NCBI GenBank assembly: GCA_963825135.1
Contig: CAWGRW010000009.1
Span: 800,001-864,000, forward strand
Source of the DNA: an uncultured bacterium
GTDB taxonomy: Bacteria; Desulfobacterota_D; UBA1144; Nemesobacterales; UBA2774
Length of the DNA: 64,000 nt
Direction of reading: 5' to 3'
Made by a program: the position numbers and the translations under genes. The notes beneath the pieces were generated by a model. The model saw only the letters and a list, made by a program, of their open reading frames with translations. It made no database searches and had not been told where the DNA came from. The first letter of the stretch is position 1. The number at the start of each line of letters is the position of its first letter. Shown in pieces: positions 50,818-61,454 of this stretch.

Positions 50818-53114
50818 CTTGTACGCCTCTCGTTTATCTGACTTAAATCGATATACACTTCCCTCGGCTTCCCGGCGACCTCCTGCGGACCCACCACACC
50901 CTCTTTCTCCATAATCTCTACTATCCTGGCGGCCCTATTATAACCTATTTTGAGCTTCCTCTGGAGCATGGATATGGAGGCCTGACGGGTCTCGGCTATC
51001 GTCCGGAGTGCCTCATAATACAGCTCGTCCTTTTCGCTCTCGAGGTCCGCGTCGCCCTCCGAATCCTCTATATATGTTATCTTTTCGTTGTAAACGGGCT
51101 TACCCTGGGACTTGATATACTCGGTTATCCCTTCCCTTTCCTCGTCCGATATCAGGGCCCCCTGAATCCTCAAGAGCCTCGAAGTCCCGGGCTCTAGGAA
51201 AAGCATGTCCCCCTTCCCGAGGAGCCTCTCCGCCCCGCCCGCATCGAGGATTATACGGGAATCGATCTTGGACGATACGAGGAACGATATCCTGGCCGGG
51301 AAATTGGCCTTTATGAGCCCGGCCACTATGTCCGCGGACGGGCGCTGCGTCGCGACAATCAGGTGAATACCCGCGGCGCGCGCTTTCTGAGAGAGCCTGG
51401 TAATCGATTCCTTTAGTTCGTTCGGCGCGATCATCATAAGGTCGGCAAGCTCGTCGAGCACTATGACTATGTAAGGAAGGAGTTTGTCCCACTTGTCTTC
51501 GGTCCTTAGTTTCTCGACGTTTTTATTGTGCGTCTCTATGTCCCTCACTCCCTCTTCGGACAGAATCCTGTACCTCTTCTCCATCTCCTCCACGGCCCAC
51601 CTCAGGGCCGCAGCGGCCTTTTTCGGCTCCGTGACTACAGGGTGGAGGAGGTGCGGTATGTCTTCATAGACAGAAAGCTCGAGCATCTTGGGGTCGATCA
51701 TTATGAACTTGAGCTCGTAAGGGCTCGCTTTATACAGCATGCTGGTAATAACCGCGTTCAGGAGCACGCTCTTACCCGAGCCCGTTGTGCCGGCTATCAT
51801 CAGGTGAGGGGCCTTCCTCAGGTCCATATAAAAAGGCAGCCCGGATATATCCTTGCCGAGGGCAAGCGTCAGCATGGACTTTCTCTTGGCAAACTCTACG
51901 TCCTCGAGGAGCTCCCTCAGAACGACCGTCTCTCTTTTCGCGTTCGGGACCTCTATGCCGATTACGTCTTTCCCCGGTATCGGGGCTATTATCCTGATGC
52001 TGAGGGCGCTTAGTCCCATTGCCAGATCGTTCTCAAGCGCCGCAATCCTGTTTATCTTTATGCCGGGCGCGGGCTTATATTCAAACATGGTAATAACCGG
52101 GCCGGGTCTTATCTCGGTCACCTTTCCCGAGACGCCGAAATCCCTTAGTTTTTCCTCTATGAGCCTCGCCTTCTGGTAAACCGCATCCCGGTCTATCTCG
52201 ACTGCGGATTCCATTTTCGGATCGAGCAGGTCGGGAGGGGGGAGTTTGTAGTCTCTGTGTATGACTTCCTTCTTGGGCAAGAAATCCTCGAGCCCCTTGA
52301 GCTTGGGCTGCTCGACGACTATTTCAGGCTTATCGTCCTCGAATGTCCCTTCCTCATCCATCTCCTCTTCCTCGGACGTCTCGTCCTCGAAAAGGGATAT
52401 GTCCTGACCGGACTTCTTCCCGTTAAGCTTTATTATGCCGTTGCCCTTCGACCGCGAGGGTCTCGTTTCGGCCCGCACCTTCGGTCCGGACAGGGATTTT
52501 TTCAAAGATACGAGAAACCCCCCGAACGCCATTACGAAATACTTCGATAACGCATATGATTTCTCGGCTATGAACATCGAAACGTTTCCGAGCGCGCCTA
52601 ATAAGTCCGAGAAAGTTATTCCCGATATTATTATTAAACTCACGAGAAGGATTATGGTTACAATGAGATATGAACCGATGTCGCCGGCGACGCTGTCCCT
52701 CATTATAGACGCGACGGTGTCTCCCACCCACCCTCCGCCGGGGGTGAAACCGAGCAGCCCGGTCTTCGGGTAGAGGAGTCCGAGAAGCACCATTACGGAA
52801 ACAAGGAGCAGGAATGCCGCGGCTGTCTTTCTGTAGAGATTGACGCCTGTATTGTTGATGAATATGACGACTGAGGTATAGAAGAGCACGAGGGGCACGA
52901 CGAAGGCGCATACGCCGAACGCCATCCCGAGAATGCCCGATATATAAACGCCTATGGAACCCATGGCGCCTTTGACGTCGACGCCGGTTTTTCCGCTGTA
53001 GAATATGAGGCTCAGGGCCGAGAACAGCCCGACCGTAAACAATAATGCGGCTATTATCTCCCTGACTATGTAGTCGGAGGCTTCCACTCGGGCACTGCTT
53101 TTTCTTTTAGCCAT
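50814..53114 (-). CDS. ftsK: DNA translocase FtsK
   Basis: N-terminal TMs, GTTGSGKS, IDPKMLEL, DELADLM, ATQRPS, IGYNRAAR. Confidence 0.97.
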   Translation of the reverse strand: MAKRKSSARVEASDYIVREIIAALLFTVGLFSALSLIFYSGKTGVDVKGAMGSIGVYISGILGMAFGVCAFVVPLVLFYTSVVIFINNTGVNLYRKTAAAFLLLVSVMVLLGLLYPKTGLLGFTPGGGWVGDTVASIMRDSVAGDIGSYLIVTIILLVSLIIISGITFSDLLGALGNVSMFIAEKSYALSKYFVMAFGGFLVSLKKSLSGPKVRAETRPSRSKGNGIIKLNGKKSGQDISLFEDETSEEEEMDEEGTFEDDKPEIVVEQPKLKGLEDFLPKKEVIHRDYKLPPPDLLDPKMESAVEIDRDAVYQKARLIEEKLRDFGVSGKVTEIRPGPVITMFEYKPAPGIKINRIAALENDLAMGLSALSIRIIAPIPGKDVIGIEVPNAKRETVVLRELLEDVEFAKRKSMLTLALGKDISGLPFYMDLRKAPHLMIAGTTGSGKSVLLNAVITSMLYKASPYELKFIMIDPKMLELSVYEDIPHLLHPVVTEPKKAAAALRWAVEEMEKRYRILSEEGVRDIETHNKNVEKLRTEDKWDKLLPYIVIVLDELADLMMIAPNELKESITRLSQKARAAGIHLIVATQRPSADIVAGLIKANFPARISFLVSSKIDSRIILDAGGAERLLGKGDMLFLEPGTSRLLRIQGALISDEEREGITEYIKSQGKPVYNEKITYIEDSEGDADLESEKDELYYEALRTIAETRQASISMLQRKLKIGYNRAARIVEIMEKEGVVGPQEVAGKPREVYIDLSQINERRTS

Positions 53115-53296
53115 CTATTCTTAAAGCTAATTATACAATATTCGGGATAAGTAAGCAAAATTGTTGAGTTTCAAATGTTTTCCTCTATGCGCCCGAGGAT
53201 AGGCAAAAGGGGCAGCTTGTGCGGATGGATATAAGCGGTCGTGGATTGCTTCAACAAGTGACATATTATTTAATGAGAACAGACAATTAGCGACTC

Positions 53297-54760
53297 TTAT
53301 CCGCCCTGGAATGCCACAAGTACGGACCCCGCGGCTTTTATTGCCAGGTCCCAGGAGTCGAGCGGGAACACGCCCAGGAGTAGCGTTCCCAGGGAAAGGA
53401 CGACGAGCGCTACCGAAGACGCGATTTTGAACGAAGGGAAGGCGACCGTCTCTTCCTTCATGTACGCGTAGACCAGCACCCTCAGATAATAATAGGCGGA
53501 GACCACGCTGCTCAGTATGCCTATTACGGCGAGCCAGTAAAATCCGGCCTGTACCGCGGATAAAAACACCCTGTACTTCGCGAAGAAGCCGATTGTGGGC
53601 GGTATGCCTGCGAGCGAGAACATAAACACACCCAATGCCAGGGCGAGGAAAGGCCTCCTGCCCCAGAGCCCCGCCAGGTCCTCGAACGTCTCGCACTCAT
53701 GCCCGTCGCGGGAGAGATAGGACAGCACCCCGAAGGCGCCCAGGTTCATGAACGCGTAGGCGAAGAGGTAGTAAATAACGCTCCCGACGCCGAGCTCCTT
53801 CCCGCCGTATGCGGCCACTACACCGACAAGCGCGTATCCCGCGTGCGCGATGCTCGAGTAAGCGAGCATGCGTTTTATGCTCTTCTGGGTTATGGCCGCG
53901 ATATTGCCGACTATCATCGTAAATATCGCGACGATCCAGAGGACAGGCATTATGCTCACCTGGAGCTGGTAAAAACCCTCGAAAATCACTCTCAACAGGA
54001 CCGCGAAGGCGGCGGCCTTGACCCCGACGGACATGAAAGCGGTAGCCGTCATGGGGGCCCCCTCATAAACGTCGGGAACCCACTGGTGGAGGGGGAATGC
54101 GCCTATCTTGAAAAGAAATCCCACGAGCACGAGCGCGCTCCCGGCTACGTATAGCGGATTCGCCTTGTCGAAATTCATAAATATCTCGCTCAGGTAAATC
54201 GACCCCGAAGCCCCGTAAAGAAGCGCGATCCCGTAAAGGAGTATCGCCGAGGAGAACCCGCCCAGGACGAGATACTTTATGCCGGCCTCGGTCGAGCGGG
54301 CGGACTTCCTGTTAAAAGCCGACATCACATAAACGGAAATAGACATTATTTCGAATCCGAGAAAAAGGGACATGAACTCCGTGGCCGAGGCCAGTATCAT
54401 CATCCCTGAGGTGGAAAAAAGAATGAGCGCGTAAAATTCGCTCGTGTAATGTATGAAGCCGGTCAAATAATCCTTTGAGAAAACGACAGCGACTGCCGCG
54501 CCCAGTATGAAAATGATGTTGAAATAGGCGGCAAACTGGTCGAGCGACAGCGCGCCAGAAAAGGCGGACATGTCGCCGCTGAACCTTTTTAAATTCAGAA
54601 TAAAACAGAGCGCAAGCCCGGCGAGCGCGACCCAGAAGAGGTTTTTTTTCACCTCGCCCTTTGTTATCGGGTCGAGGATTATCAATACGATTCCGGCAGC
54701 GATTAAAGAGATTTCGGGGCCTATTAGCAGGGTGCTGTGAAGAACTTCGCTCAAATCCAT
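53297..54760 (-). CDS. nuoN: NADH-quinone oxidoreductase subunit N
   Basis: EAGIKY, FK..FPLHQWVPDVYEGAP, KRMLAYSSIAHAGY, GIPP. Confidence 0.93.
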   Translation of the reverse strand: MDLSEVLHSTLLIGPEISLIAAGIVLIILDPITKGEVKKNLFWVALAGLALCFILNLKRFSGDMSAFSGALSLDQFAAYFNIIFILGAAVAVVFSKDYLTGFIHYTSEFYALILFSTSGMMILASATEFMSLFLGFEIMSISVYVMSAFNRKSARSTEAGIKYLVLGGFSSAILLYGIALLYGASGSIYLSEIFMNFDKANPLYVAGSALVLVGFLFKIGAFPLHQWVPDVYEGAPMTATAFMSVGVKAAAFAVLLRVIFEGFYQLQVSIMPVLWIVAIFTMIVGNIAAITQKSIKRMLAYSSIAHAGYALVGVVAAYGGKELGVGSVIYYLFAYAFMNLGAFGVLSYLSRDGHECETFEDLAGLWGRRPFLALALGVFMFSLAGIPPTIGFFAKYRVFLSAVQAGFYWLAVIGILSSVVSAYYYLRVLVYAYMKEETVAFPSFKIASSVALVVLSLGTLLLGVFPLDSWDLAIKAAGSVLVAFQGG

Positions 54761-54856
54761 TCAGGAATTCTCCGACGTAAGTGTGCCAAACAAGCGAGGT
54801 GGATTTCGGGACTTTAGTATGTGGGAGCGAGGGGGGGTTGTCAAGTTTGAAAGACG

Positions 54857-55678
54857 TCAGGAGAGGGGAGAGCCTTCGATCTCGCAGTCAGGCTGGGAGA
54901 CCTCTTCCACTCCGTGGATCGACGGCTTCTCGCCGCAGAGACGGCATCCGGGGTCTTTCTTGATCCCGACAGAATTGAACGACATGTTAAGCGCGTTAAA
55001 TACGAGCAGGCGGTCCGTAAGCGGCTCCCCGATTTCTAATATCTGCTTGAGCGCCTCGAGGGCCTGCAGCGTGCCTATTGTGCCCGCCGCAGCGCCGAGT
55101 ATGCCGGCTTCCTGGCAGCTCGGTACCACACCCCTGGGCGGGAGCTCGGGATAGAGGCACCTGTAACAGGCCCCTCCCGCGTGGGGCTTGAATACGGCGA
55201 CCTGTCCTTCGAACTGGAATATAGCGCCCGACACGAGCGTCTTCCTCTCGAAATAACACGCGTCGTTCGCGAGGTATCTCGTCGGGAAATTATCCGAGCC
55301 GTCAACGACAATATCGTAGTCCCTGATCATTTCCCTTATGTTATCTTTGGAAACGTGTCCGTCATGGAGGACGATATTCACGTCAGGGTTTAATTGTTCG
55401 AGCTTTTCTCCGGCCGATTCGGTCTTGGGCTTGCCGATGTCCGCGGTATAGTGAAGCACCTGCCTGTGGAGGTTCGAAATATCCACCCTGTCGGAATCGG
55501 CAATCCCTATCGTACCCACCCCTGCTGCGGCGAGGTAAAGGGCTACGGGTGATCCGAGCCCTCCCATTCCCAGGCAAAATACCCTGGATTTAAGGAGCTT
55601 CTCCTGTCCCGCTCCGCCGACCTCGGGGAGCAGTATATGCCTGCTGTACCTGTATATCTGATCTTCCGTCAACCGCAC
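54857..55678 (-). CDS. moeB: MoeB/ThiF-family adenylyltransferase without rhodanese domain
   Basis: RYSRHI, GMGGLGS, SNLHRQ, CYRC, SCQEAG, CRLC. Confidence 0.9.
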   Translation of the reverse strand: MRLTEDQIYRYSRHILLPEVGGAGQEKLLKSRVFCLGMGGLGSPVALYLAAAGVGTIGIADSDRVDISNLHRQVLHYTADIGKPKTESAGEKLEQLNPDVNIVLHDGHVSKDNIREMIRDYDIVVDGSDNFPTRYLANDACYFERKTLVSGAIFQFEGQVAVFKPHAGGACYRCLYPELPPRGVVPSCQEAGILGAAAGTIGTLQALEALKQILEIGEPLTDRLLVFNALNMSFNSVGIKKDPGCRLCGEKPSIHGVEEVSQPDCEIEGSPLS

Positions 55679-55688
55679 TTTATTCCTC

Positions 55689-56102
55689 TCAGCCTTCTGC
55701 TAATTCTACATCAGCTTCTATGAACCTGGAATCGAAGTCCTCGAGTATCCAGGCCCTCGCGTCCTTGTATTTACCGTCGTATATCGAGAAAATCATGTAC
55801 ACCCATTCGGGCCACGCCCGCTGCCTGTCAGTTTCCGAGGCGAAAGACGGATGGTCGGGATGCGAGTGGTAGATACCAGTAATTTCGAGACCGTTCGCTC
55901 TTGCCCACTCGTCGGCTTCTTTAAACGAGACCGGGTCCAGGTCATAACGGTCGTGCGCCCTTTCCGTATTCAGGTTCCCGCATTCTCTGTATTGCGTTAT
56001 CAAGCCTTCGGTCCCTATGAGGACGCCGCAGACCTCGTGGGGGAACCCCGACTCGGCGTGTCTTATTATCCCCTCGTAAACCGACTTAAGAATCCTTACC
56101 AC
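55689..56102 (-). CDS. JAB/Mov34 (Mec-like) metallopeptidase
   Basis: EVCG, YHSHPDH...SETD. Confidence 0.9.
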   Translation of the reverse strand: MVRILKSVYEGIIRHAESGFPHEVCGVLIGTEGLITQYRECGNLNTERAHDRYDLDPVSFKEADEWARANGLEITGIYHSHPDHPSFASETDRQRAWPEWVYMIFSIYDGKYKDARAWILEDFDSRFIEADVELAEG

Positions 56103-57046
56103 CAGATCCCTCCGCTCAGATACCTGTACCCGCCGTCCGGGAAAACGGTGACGAGCACGCCCTCTTTCAGTTTCTTCGCATACTCGACGGTCGCGAATGC
56201 CACGGCGCCGCCCGAGTGACCTATGAAAATCCCTTCCTTCTTAAGAAGCTCCTTCATGAAATCATAAGCGTCTTCCGTAGTAACCCTGATGAGCTCATCG
56301 GGGAACGCGGAATCATAAATGCCGGGGACGATAGATGTAGGCATATGCTTCATACCCTCGAGACCGTGGAGCGCTTCGGCCGGCTCGACAGCAATCGCGG
56401 TTATATCCGGGTTAAACTCCTTCAGCCTTCTCGAGGTGCCCATGAAAGTCCCGCTCGTGCCGAGCCCCGCAAAAAAATGCGTGACCCTGCCCTCCGTCTG
56501 CTCCCAGATCTCCACGGCCGTGGATTCGTAATGCGATTTCGGGTTCTCGGGGTTGTTGTACTGATCGGGCATGAAATATTTTTCGGGGTTTTCGGCCTTC
56601 AGTTTTCTCGCGAGCCTGATCGCTCCGTCCGATCCCTCGAGCGGGTCAGAGTAAATTATCTTCGAGCCGAAGGCCTGGAGGGTCTTCTTTCTTTCTATGT
56701 TTATATTTTCGGGAATTACGAGCTCGACTTTATATCCGAGCGCGGCCCCTATCATGGCGTAGGCGATGGCCGTGTTCCCGGAAGAGGAATCCATAAGGAT
56801 TTTATCGGGCGTGAGCTTGCCCGTGCGGATGCCGTCGAGGATCATCCACAACGCGGGCCTGTCCTTTACGGAGCCCCCAGGGTTAAACCATTCGGCCTTG
56901 GCATACACCTCGACGCCGGGACTCAAACCCTCCGTAACATGAGTCAGCCTGATTAGCGGGGTATCCCCCACCAAATCAATTACGGAACCGGCCCTCTTAA
57001 GTCTTATGTCGAGTGATTTTTTTCTCGCTACGGATAAATCCATCAA
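56096..57046 (-). CDS. cysM: PLP-dependent cysteine synthase (CysM-like)
   Basis: NPGGSVKDR, SSGNT, GLGTSGT, LEGMK, YLS. Confidence 0.88.
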   Translation of the reverse strand: MMDLSVARKKSLDIRLKRAGSVIDLVGDTPLIRLTHVTEGLSPGVEVYAKAEWFNPGGSVKDRPALWMILDGIRTGKLTPDKILMDSSSGNTAIAYAMIGAALGYKVELVIPENINIERKKTLQAFGSKIIYSDPLEGSDGAIRLARKLKAENPEKYFMPDQYNNPENPKSHYESTAVEIWEQTEGRVTHFFAGLGTSGTFMGTSRRLKEFNPDITAIAVEPAEALHGLEGMKHMPTSIVPGIYDSAFPDELIRVTTEDAYDFMKELLKKEGIFIGHSGGAVAFATVEYAKKLKEGVLVTVFPDGGYRYLSGGIWW

Positions 57047-57279
57047 CGGCGCTCAATAAGAAGTTTGTAGAACTCGCCCTCCTGTCGGACGTCCAGAATC
57101 TTATGCCCTTCGGCCATTATGCTCTTGGGAACGTTCGTCAACGGCTCGCCTTCCCTCAGTATAACCTCAAGCACCTGTCCCGTGGACATAGTCTCGAGCT
57201 TGAGCTTGGTTTTTACGTACGTCATGGGGCAAATCTCTTTGGTTATGTCTATTTGATTATCGATCTTGCGGGTCTCCAT
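57043..57279 (-). CDS. tusA: TusA-family sulfur carrier
   Basis: IDITKEICPMTYVK, NVP. Confidence 0.88.
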   Translation of the reverse strand: METRKIDNQIDITKEICPMTYVKTKLKLETMSTGQVLEVILREGEPLTNVPKSIMAEGHKILDVRQEGEFYKLLIERR

Positions 57280-57450
57280 TTCTAGTAAACCTCCCTTACT
57301 ATCCCCCTTTAAAATTTACATAATTGCAATCTTAAGAGTACCATATAGGCATAGCCTGCACAAACCCGCTCCGCCCGGAAGCGACCTTCCCGTTATAGCT
57401 TTATTGATTTAGCCCAGGGACTTATTCGCTCAAGACCCGGCGGGAGGCTA

Positions 57451-57597
57451 TCACTTATCCTCCGTTTTAATGTCTATGACCGGGTTATCCGATTCGGTAT
57501 TCCTTTTAGAGAGATTCCTTTGCTTCCCCTCGGCAGACATCTTCCCAAGCCAGAAAGCAATCAGTATTATCAATACGAGCAACAGTATCTTAGTCAT
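57451..57597 (-). CDS. 48-aa single-TM small protein (below ORF-track cutoff)
   Basis: MTKILLLVLIILIAFWLGKMSAEGKQRNLSKRNTESDNPVIDIKTEDK; starts 19 nt after purQ stop. Confidence 0.65.
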   Translation of the reverse strand: MTKILLLVLIILIAFWLGKMSAEGKQRNLSKRNTESDNPVIDIKTEDK

Positions 57598-57616
57598 GCT
57601 CCGGTCCTTCAGCCCT

Positions 57617-58339
57617 TCATGATGCCTTGCTTTTCGTCTTTTTGCCGAGCCCGAACCAGGAAATTACGGACTCGAAAATGAATCTGCCGTCGGTCCCGCC
57701 GAGGACGCTCTCCGAGCATCTCTCCGGATGGGGCATCATTCCGAGCACATTCCCGGATTTATTGCATATCCCGGCAATGTTCTCGATAGACCCGTTCGGA
57801 TTGGATTCGGAAACCACATTCCCCTCCCCGTCGCAGTACCGGAATACGACTTGCGAATTTTCTTCAAGCGCTTTCAGTACGTCCCCCGTGCAATAGTAGC
57901 TCCCCTCGCCGTGAGCCACCGGCATCCTGAGCACGTCCCCCTCTTTCAGGTTGCCGGTAAATACCGTTTTATTGTTTTCCACTCTGATATTGACCCACCT
58001 GCAAACAAACCGGAGCGAGGAGTTCCTGATGAGCACGCCCGGCAGAAGCCCGGCCTCGACCAATATCTGAAACCCGTTGCATGTCCCCAGGACCGGGCCG
58101 CCGCGTGAGGCGAATTTTTCAACCGAGTCCATGATAGGGGACAAACTGGCGATAGCCCCCGTCCTCAGATAATCGCCGTATGAAAAGCCGCCGGGAATGA
58201 TAATGCAGTCGAATTTGCCGAGGTTCACGTCTTCGTGCCATACGAACTCGCAGCTCTGTCCCATCACATGCTTGATTACATGGTAGCTGTCGTGATCGCA
58301 GTTTGATCCCGGGAATACGATAACTCCGAATTTATACAT
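57617..58339 (-). CDS. purQ: FGAM synthase glutaminase subunit
   Basis: [31 protein letters not shown]. Confidence 0.97.
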   Translation of the reverse strand: MYKFGVIVFPGSNCDHDSYHVIKHVMGQSCEFVWHEDVNLGKFDCIIIPGGFSYGDYLRTGAIASLSPIMDSVEKFASRGGPVLGTCNGFQILVEAGLLPGVLIRNSSLRFVCRWVNIRVENNKTVFTGNLKEGDVLRMPVAHGEGSYYCTGDVLKALEENSQVVFRYCDGEGNVVSESNPNGSIENIAGICNKSGNVLGMMPHPERCSESVLGGTDGRFIFESVISWFGLGKKTKSKAS

Positions 58340-58340
58340 A

Positions 58341-58598
58341 TTATTCCTCTACATTTACGACGAAGTCCTCGATCACCGGGTTCGAAAGAATCTTTCTGCA
58401 CATTTCGTCGACCCGCTTTCTCACGTTCTCGGCGCTCCCGTCCTTCACCCTGAGCTCGATGAGCTTCCCGACTCTCGCGTCATGCACTTCGTCGAACCCG
58501 AGGTTTGTCAGAGCCGAAAGAACGGATTTCCCCTGCGGGTCGAGAACTACCGGCTTCAGCCTCACTTCAACTTTGACTTTGAATTCCTTCATATCCAT
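58341..58598 (-). CDS. purS: FGAM synthase subunit PurS
   Basis: LDPQG, RVGK, NPVIEDF. Confidence 0.96.
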   Translation of the reverse strand: MDMKEFKVKVEVRLKPVVLDPQGKSVLSALTNLGFDEVHDARVGKLIELRVKDGSAENVRKRVDEMCRKILSNPVIEDFVVNVEE

Positions 58599-58616
58599 TT
58601 CTCAACGCCCTTATTG

Positions 58617-59456
58617 TTATTTATTTCCCAATAGTGTCGATGCGAGCCTCTCGAGCTCGTCGTCCGAGTAATAATCGATCTCGATCCTGCCTTTACCCTT
58701 ATTATATATAATCCTGACCTGCGTGCTGAGCGACCCCTTGAGGTCGTCGGTGATCCTCTGCACATACGGATCGACAACCCTGGGACTGACTTCGGATTTC
58801 TTTTCGCGATGCATATTCCTTATAAGACTCTCTGTCCTTCTTACCGAGAGCTTCTGCTTTCTTATCGCCTGCAGCACCAGATTAGCTTCCGAAAGGGACT
58901 CGAGGCCGAGGAGGGCGCGGGCATGCCCCGCCGTTATTTCCTCTTCGATAAGCGCGCGCTTCGCCTCCTCGGAGAGTTTCAGCAGCCGGAGCTGGTTCGT
59001 AATCGTCGACCTGTCCTTGCCTATCTGCACGGACACCTCTTCATGCGTGAGCCCGTACACCTCTATTAAATGCTGGTATCCGGTAGCCTCTTCGATCGGG
59101 TTCAGGTCCTCCCTCTGGAGGTTCTCGATGAGCGCAAGCTCGAGCGCCTCTCCGTCCGATGCGTCTTTTACGATCACGGGCACCCTGACGATACCGGCCT
59201 TCTGTGCGGCCCTCCACCTCCTCTCGCCGGCGATTATCTCGTACCCGCTCCCTGACTGGCGCACGACTATCGGCTGAATGATGCCCTTTTCCTTGATGGA
59301 AGCCGTGAGCTCGGCAATGGCGTCGTCGTCGAAATCCTTCCGCGGCTGACGCGTATTGGGTCTGATCTCATGGATGCTGACGAGCGTAAGTCCCTGCTCC
59401 CTGCTCTCCTTCGGTATCAGGGCATCGAGTCCTCTACCCAACGTAGCTTTTTTCAA
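58617..59456 (-). CDS. parB: Chromosome partitioning protein ParB
   Basis: LGRGLDAL, QPRK, AGERRWRA, ENLQREDL. Confidence 0.96.
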   Translation of the reverse strand: MKKATLGRGLDALIPKESREQGLTLVSIHEIRPNTRQPRKDFDDDAIAELTASIKEKGIIQPIVVRQSGSGYEIIAGERRWRAAQKAGIVRVPVIVKDASDGEALELALIENLQREDLNPIEEATGYQHLIEVYGLTHEEVSVQIGKDRSTITNQLRLLKLSEEAKRALIEEEITAGHARALLGLESLSEANLVLQAIRKQKLSVRRTESLIRNMHREKKSEVSPRVVDPYVQRITDDLKGSLSTQVRIIYNKGKGRIEIDYYSDDELERLASTLLGNK

Positions 59457-60240
59457 TTATTTCCCCTCCGTTCCTTGCGATTATTTCCTGCGCAAGCGAG
59501 ATATAGGTCTGCGCTCCGATAGATTTTATATCATAGAGCAAAATCGGTTTGCCGTGACTCGGGGATTCGGCGAGTCTCACGTTCCTGTAGATAATGGTTT
59601 CGAATACCTCTTCGCTGAAATAGGTCTTGAGCTCGTTCGCGACGACATGGCAGATCTTGTTCCTCGAATCGAACATGGTGAGCAGGTAGCCCTCGACTTT
59701 GAGCTCGGGATTGATTCTTTGGCGTATGAGCGAGATCGTGCGTTTCAGCTGACCGAGCCCTTCGAGCGCGTAGTATTCGCACTGCACAGGCACGAGGACT
59801 GAATCCGCGGCCGTGAGCGCGTTCACAGTGAGGAGGCTCAGGGAAGGGGGGCAGTCTATAAATATATAATCGTAGTCTCCGACAATATCGTTTATCGCCT
59901 CTTTGAGCCTCCATTCCCTGTTATCGAGATGTATCAGCTCGACTTCGGCCCCCGTGAGATCGGGGTTCGCGGGGACCACCTTCAAATACCCCTTGAGAAA
60001 TTCGGGCTCGATCTCAACAACTATATCCTCGATGCGTACATCCCCTATTATGGCATCGTATATACTTTTTTTGATTTCGTCCTTGTTAATTCCCACCCCG
60101 CTCGTAGCGTTTGCCTGAGGATCGAAATCAATGAATAGAGTCTTTTTTTGGGCCGCGGCGAGCGATGCCGCAAGATTTATAACCGTGGTAGTTTTGCCCA
60201 CGCCACCTTTCTGATTCGCGACACAAATAACCTTTCCCAT
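59434..60240 (-). CDS. parA: Chromosome partitioning ATPase ParA/Soj
   Basis: NQKGGVGKTT, DPQAN, DCPPSL, EYYALEG. Confidence 0.96.
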   Translation of the reverse strand: MGKVICVANQKGGVGKTTTVINLAASLAAAQKKTLFIDFDPQANATSGVGINKDEIKKSIYDAIIGDVRIEDIVVEIEPEFLKGYLKVVPANPDLTGAEVELIHLDNREWRLKEAINDIVGDYDYIFIDCPPSLSLLTVNALTAADSVLVPVQCEYYALEGLGQLKRTISLIRQRINPELKVEGYLLTMFDSRNKICHVVANELKTYFSEEVFETIIYRNVRLAESPSHGKPILLYDIKSIGAQTYISLAQEIIARNGGEIIEKSYVG

Positions 60241-60621
60241 TTCCCTCTGCCCTTATTACCTTGAAAATACTCCGGTGTGAAACTTGCGGATTTTGTTAAT
60301 TACAAAAACCCCTTCGTGAGTTCGAGCGACCCGCAATTCAATATAGATATTACCATATTATCCATAATCGTCTTTTGCCGCAAGACTGACCGGGTCATAA
60401 CGGCTTTCGAATTACCCGGGACCGGCGCTATCCCCAATATTCGTCCCAATCCGCCATAAGAACTGCGTTTTTTTAATATTACAGAAGAAATTAATTACGG
60501 GGTTGAATTTAACGGCGGATATATGTATGATTGGACTTCTGGAAATCAGAGTTGGGTTGGCGAATTCTGTGCCTGGCGACTGGTCGGGTCTGGTTGCCTA
60601 ACAAAATCAGAGGAGCGGGAT

Positions 60622-61452
60622 ATGTATAAGGATCACCTTACGATCATGCTGATTACTCCAGGCGGTAAAGGTCCAAAAGCTCTTAACATAAAAATATCTC
60701 ATTTAAAAATATTCTTCTTCAGCGTCGCAATTTTCACGGTTATTTCTCTCGTTTCATTCGCATCCACTTACACCTACTACAAAGCCTCGGAATCAAAAGC
60801 CAGGTCTGTGAAACACCTCGCATATACTATTGATACGCTGAGTCAGGATCTGATAGTGAACAAGTCGGCGGAAACGAATCTGCGGGGCAGAATGAAGGAC
60901 ATAGAGAACAAGCTCCTGGAAATGCAGGAGATGCTCGACAAGAAAGGCATTAAGAAAGACCTGGCGGTAGGCGGAGAGTTCATACCGGCAGACAGGCTGA
61001 GCATATCCTATGTGGACTATATGGAGAAGGATATCGAGGACCTGTTCAACACAATGAAGAACCTGCCCGTGGGGACGCCGCTTGAAGGGAAAATTAATTC
61101 TGGCTTCGGCTACAGGAAAGACCCCTTCCGGTCCAGCATCGGATTCCATTCCGGTATAGACATAGACGCGAAACTCGGGGACCCGGTTGTCGCGACTGCG
61201 GACGGAATTGTAAAAAAGACGGGATGGCAGGGAAGCTACGGGAAAACCGTTGTGCTCCAGCACGAAGACGGGTTCGAAACAATTTACGGACACCTTTCGA
61301 AAATCTCTGTGGAAGAAGGGCAGAAAGTGAAAGTGGGGGAAGTAATAGGAAAAGCGGGCAATACCGGAAGGTCGACCGGCACGCACCTGCATTACGAAGT
61401 CATTAAAGACGGTAAAAGAGTTAACCCGTCAAATTTCCTGTCGCTGAAATAG
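60622..61452 (+). CDS. M23 family metallopeptidase with N-terminal TM and coiled coil
   Basis: HSGID, YGHL, STGTHLHYEV; ATG 60622 after GAGGAG. Confidence 0.92.
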   Translation: MYKDHLTIMLITPGGKGPKALNIKISHLKIFFFSVAIFTVISLVSFASTYTYYKASESKARSVKHLAYTIDTLSQDLIVNKSAETNLRGRMKDIENKLLEMQEMLDKKGIKKDLAVGGEFIPADRLSISYVDYMEKDIEDLFNTMKNLPVGTPLEGKINSGFGYRKDPFRSSIGFHSGIDIDAKLGDPVVATADGIVKKTGWQGSYGKTVVLQHEDGFETIYGHLSKISVEEGQKVKVGEVIGKAGNTGRSTGTHLHYEVIKDGKRVNPSNFLSLK

Positions 61453-61454
61453 AT

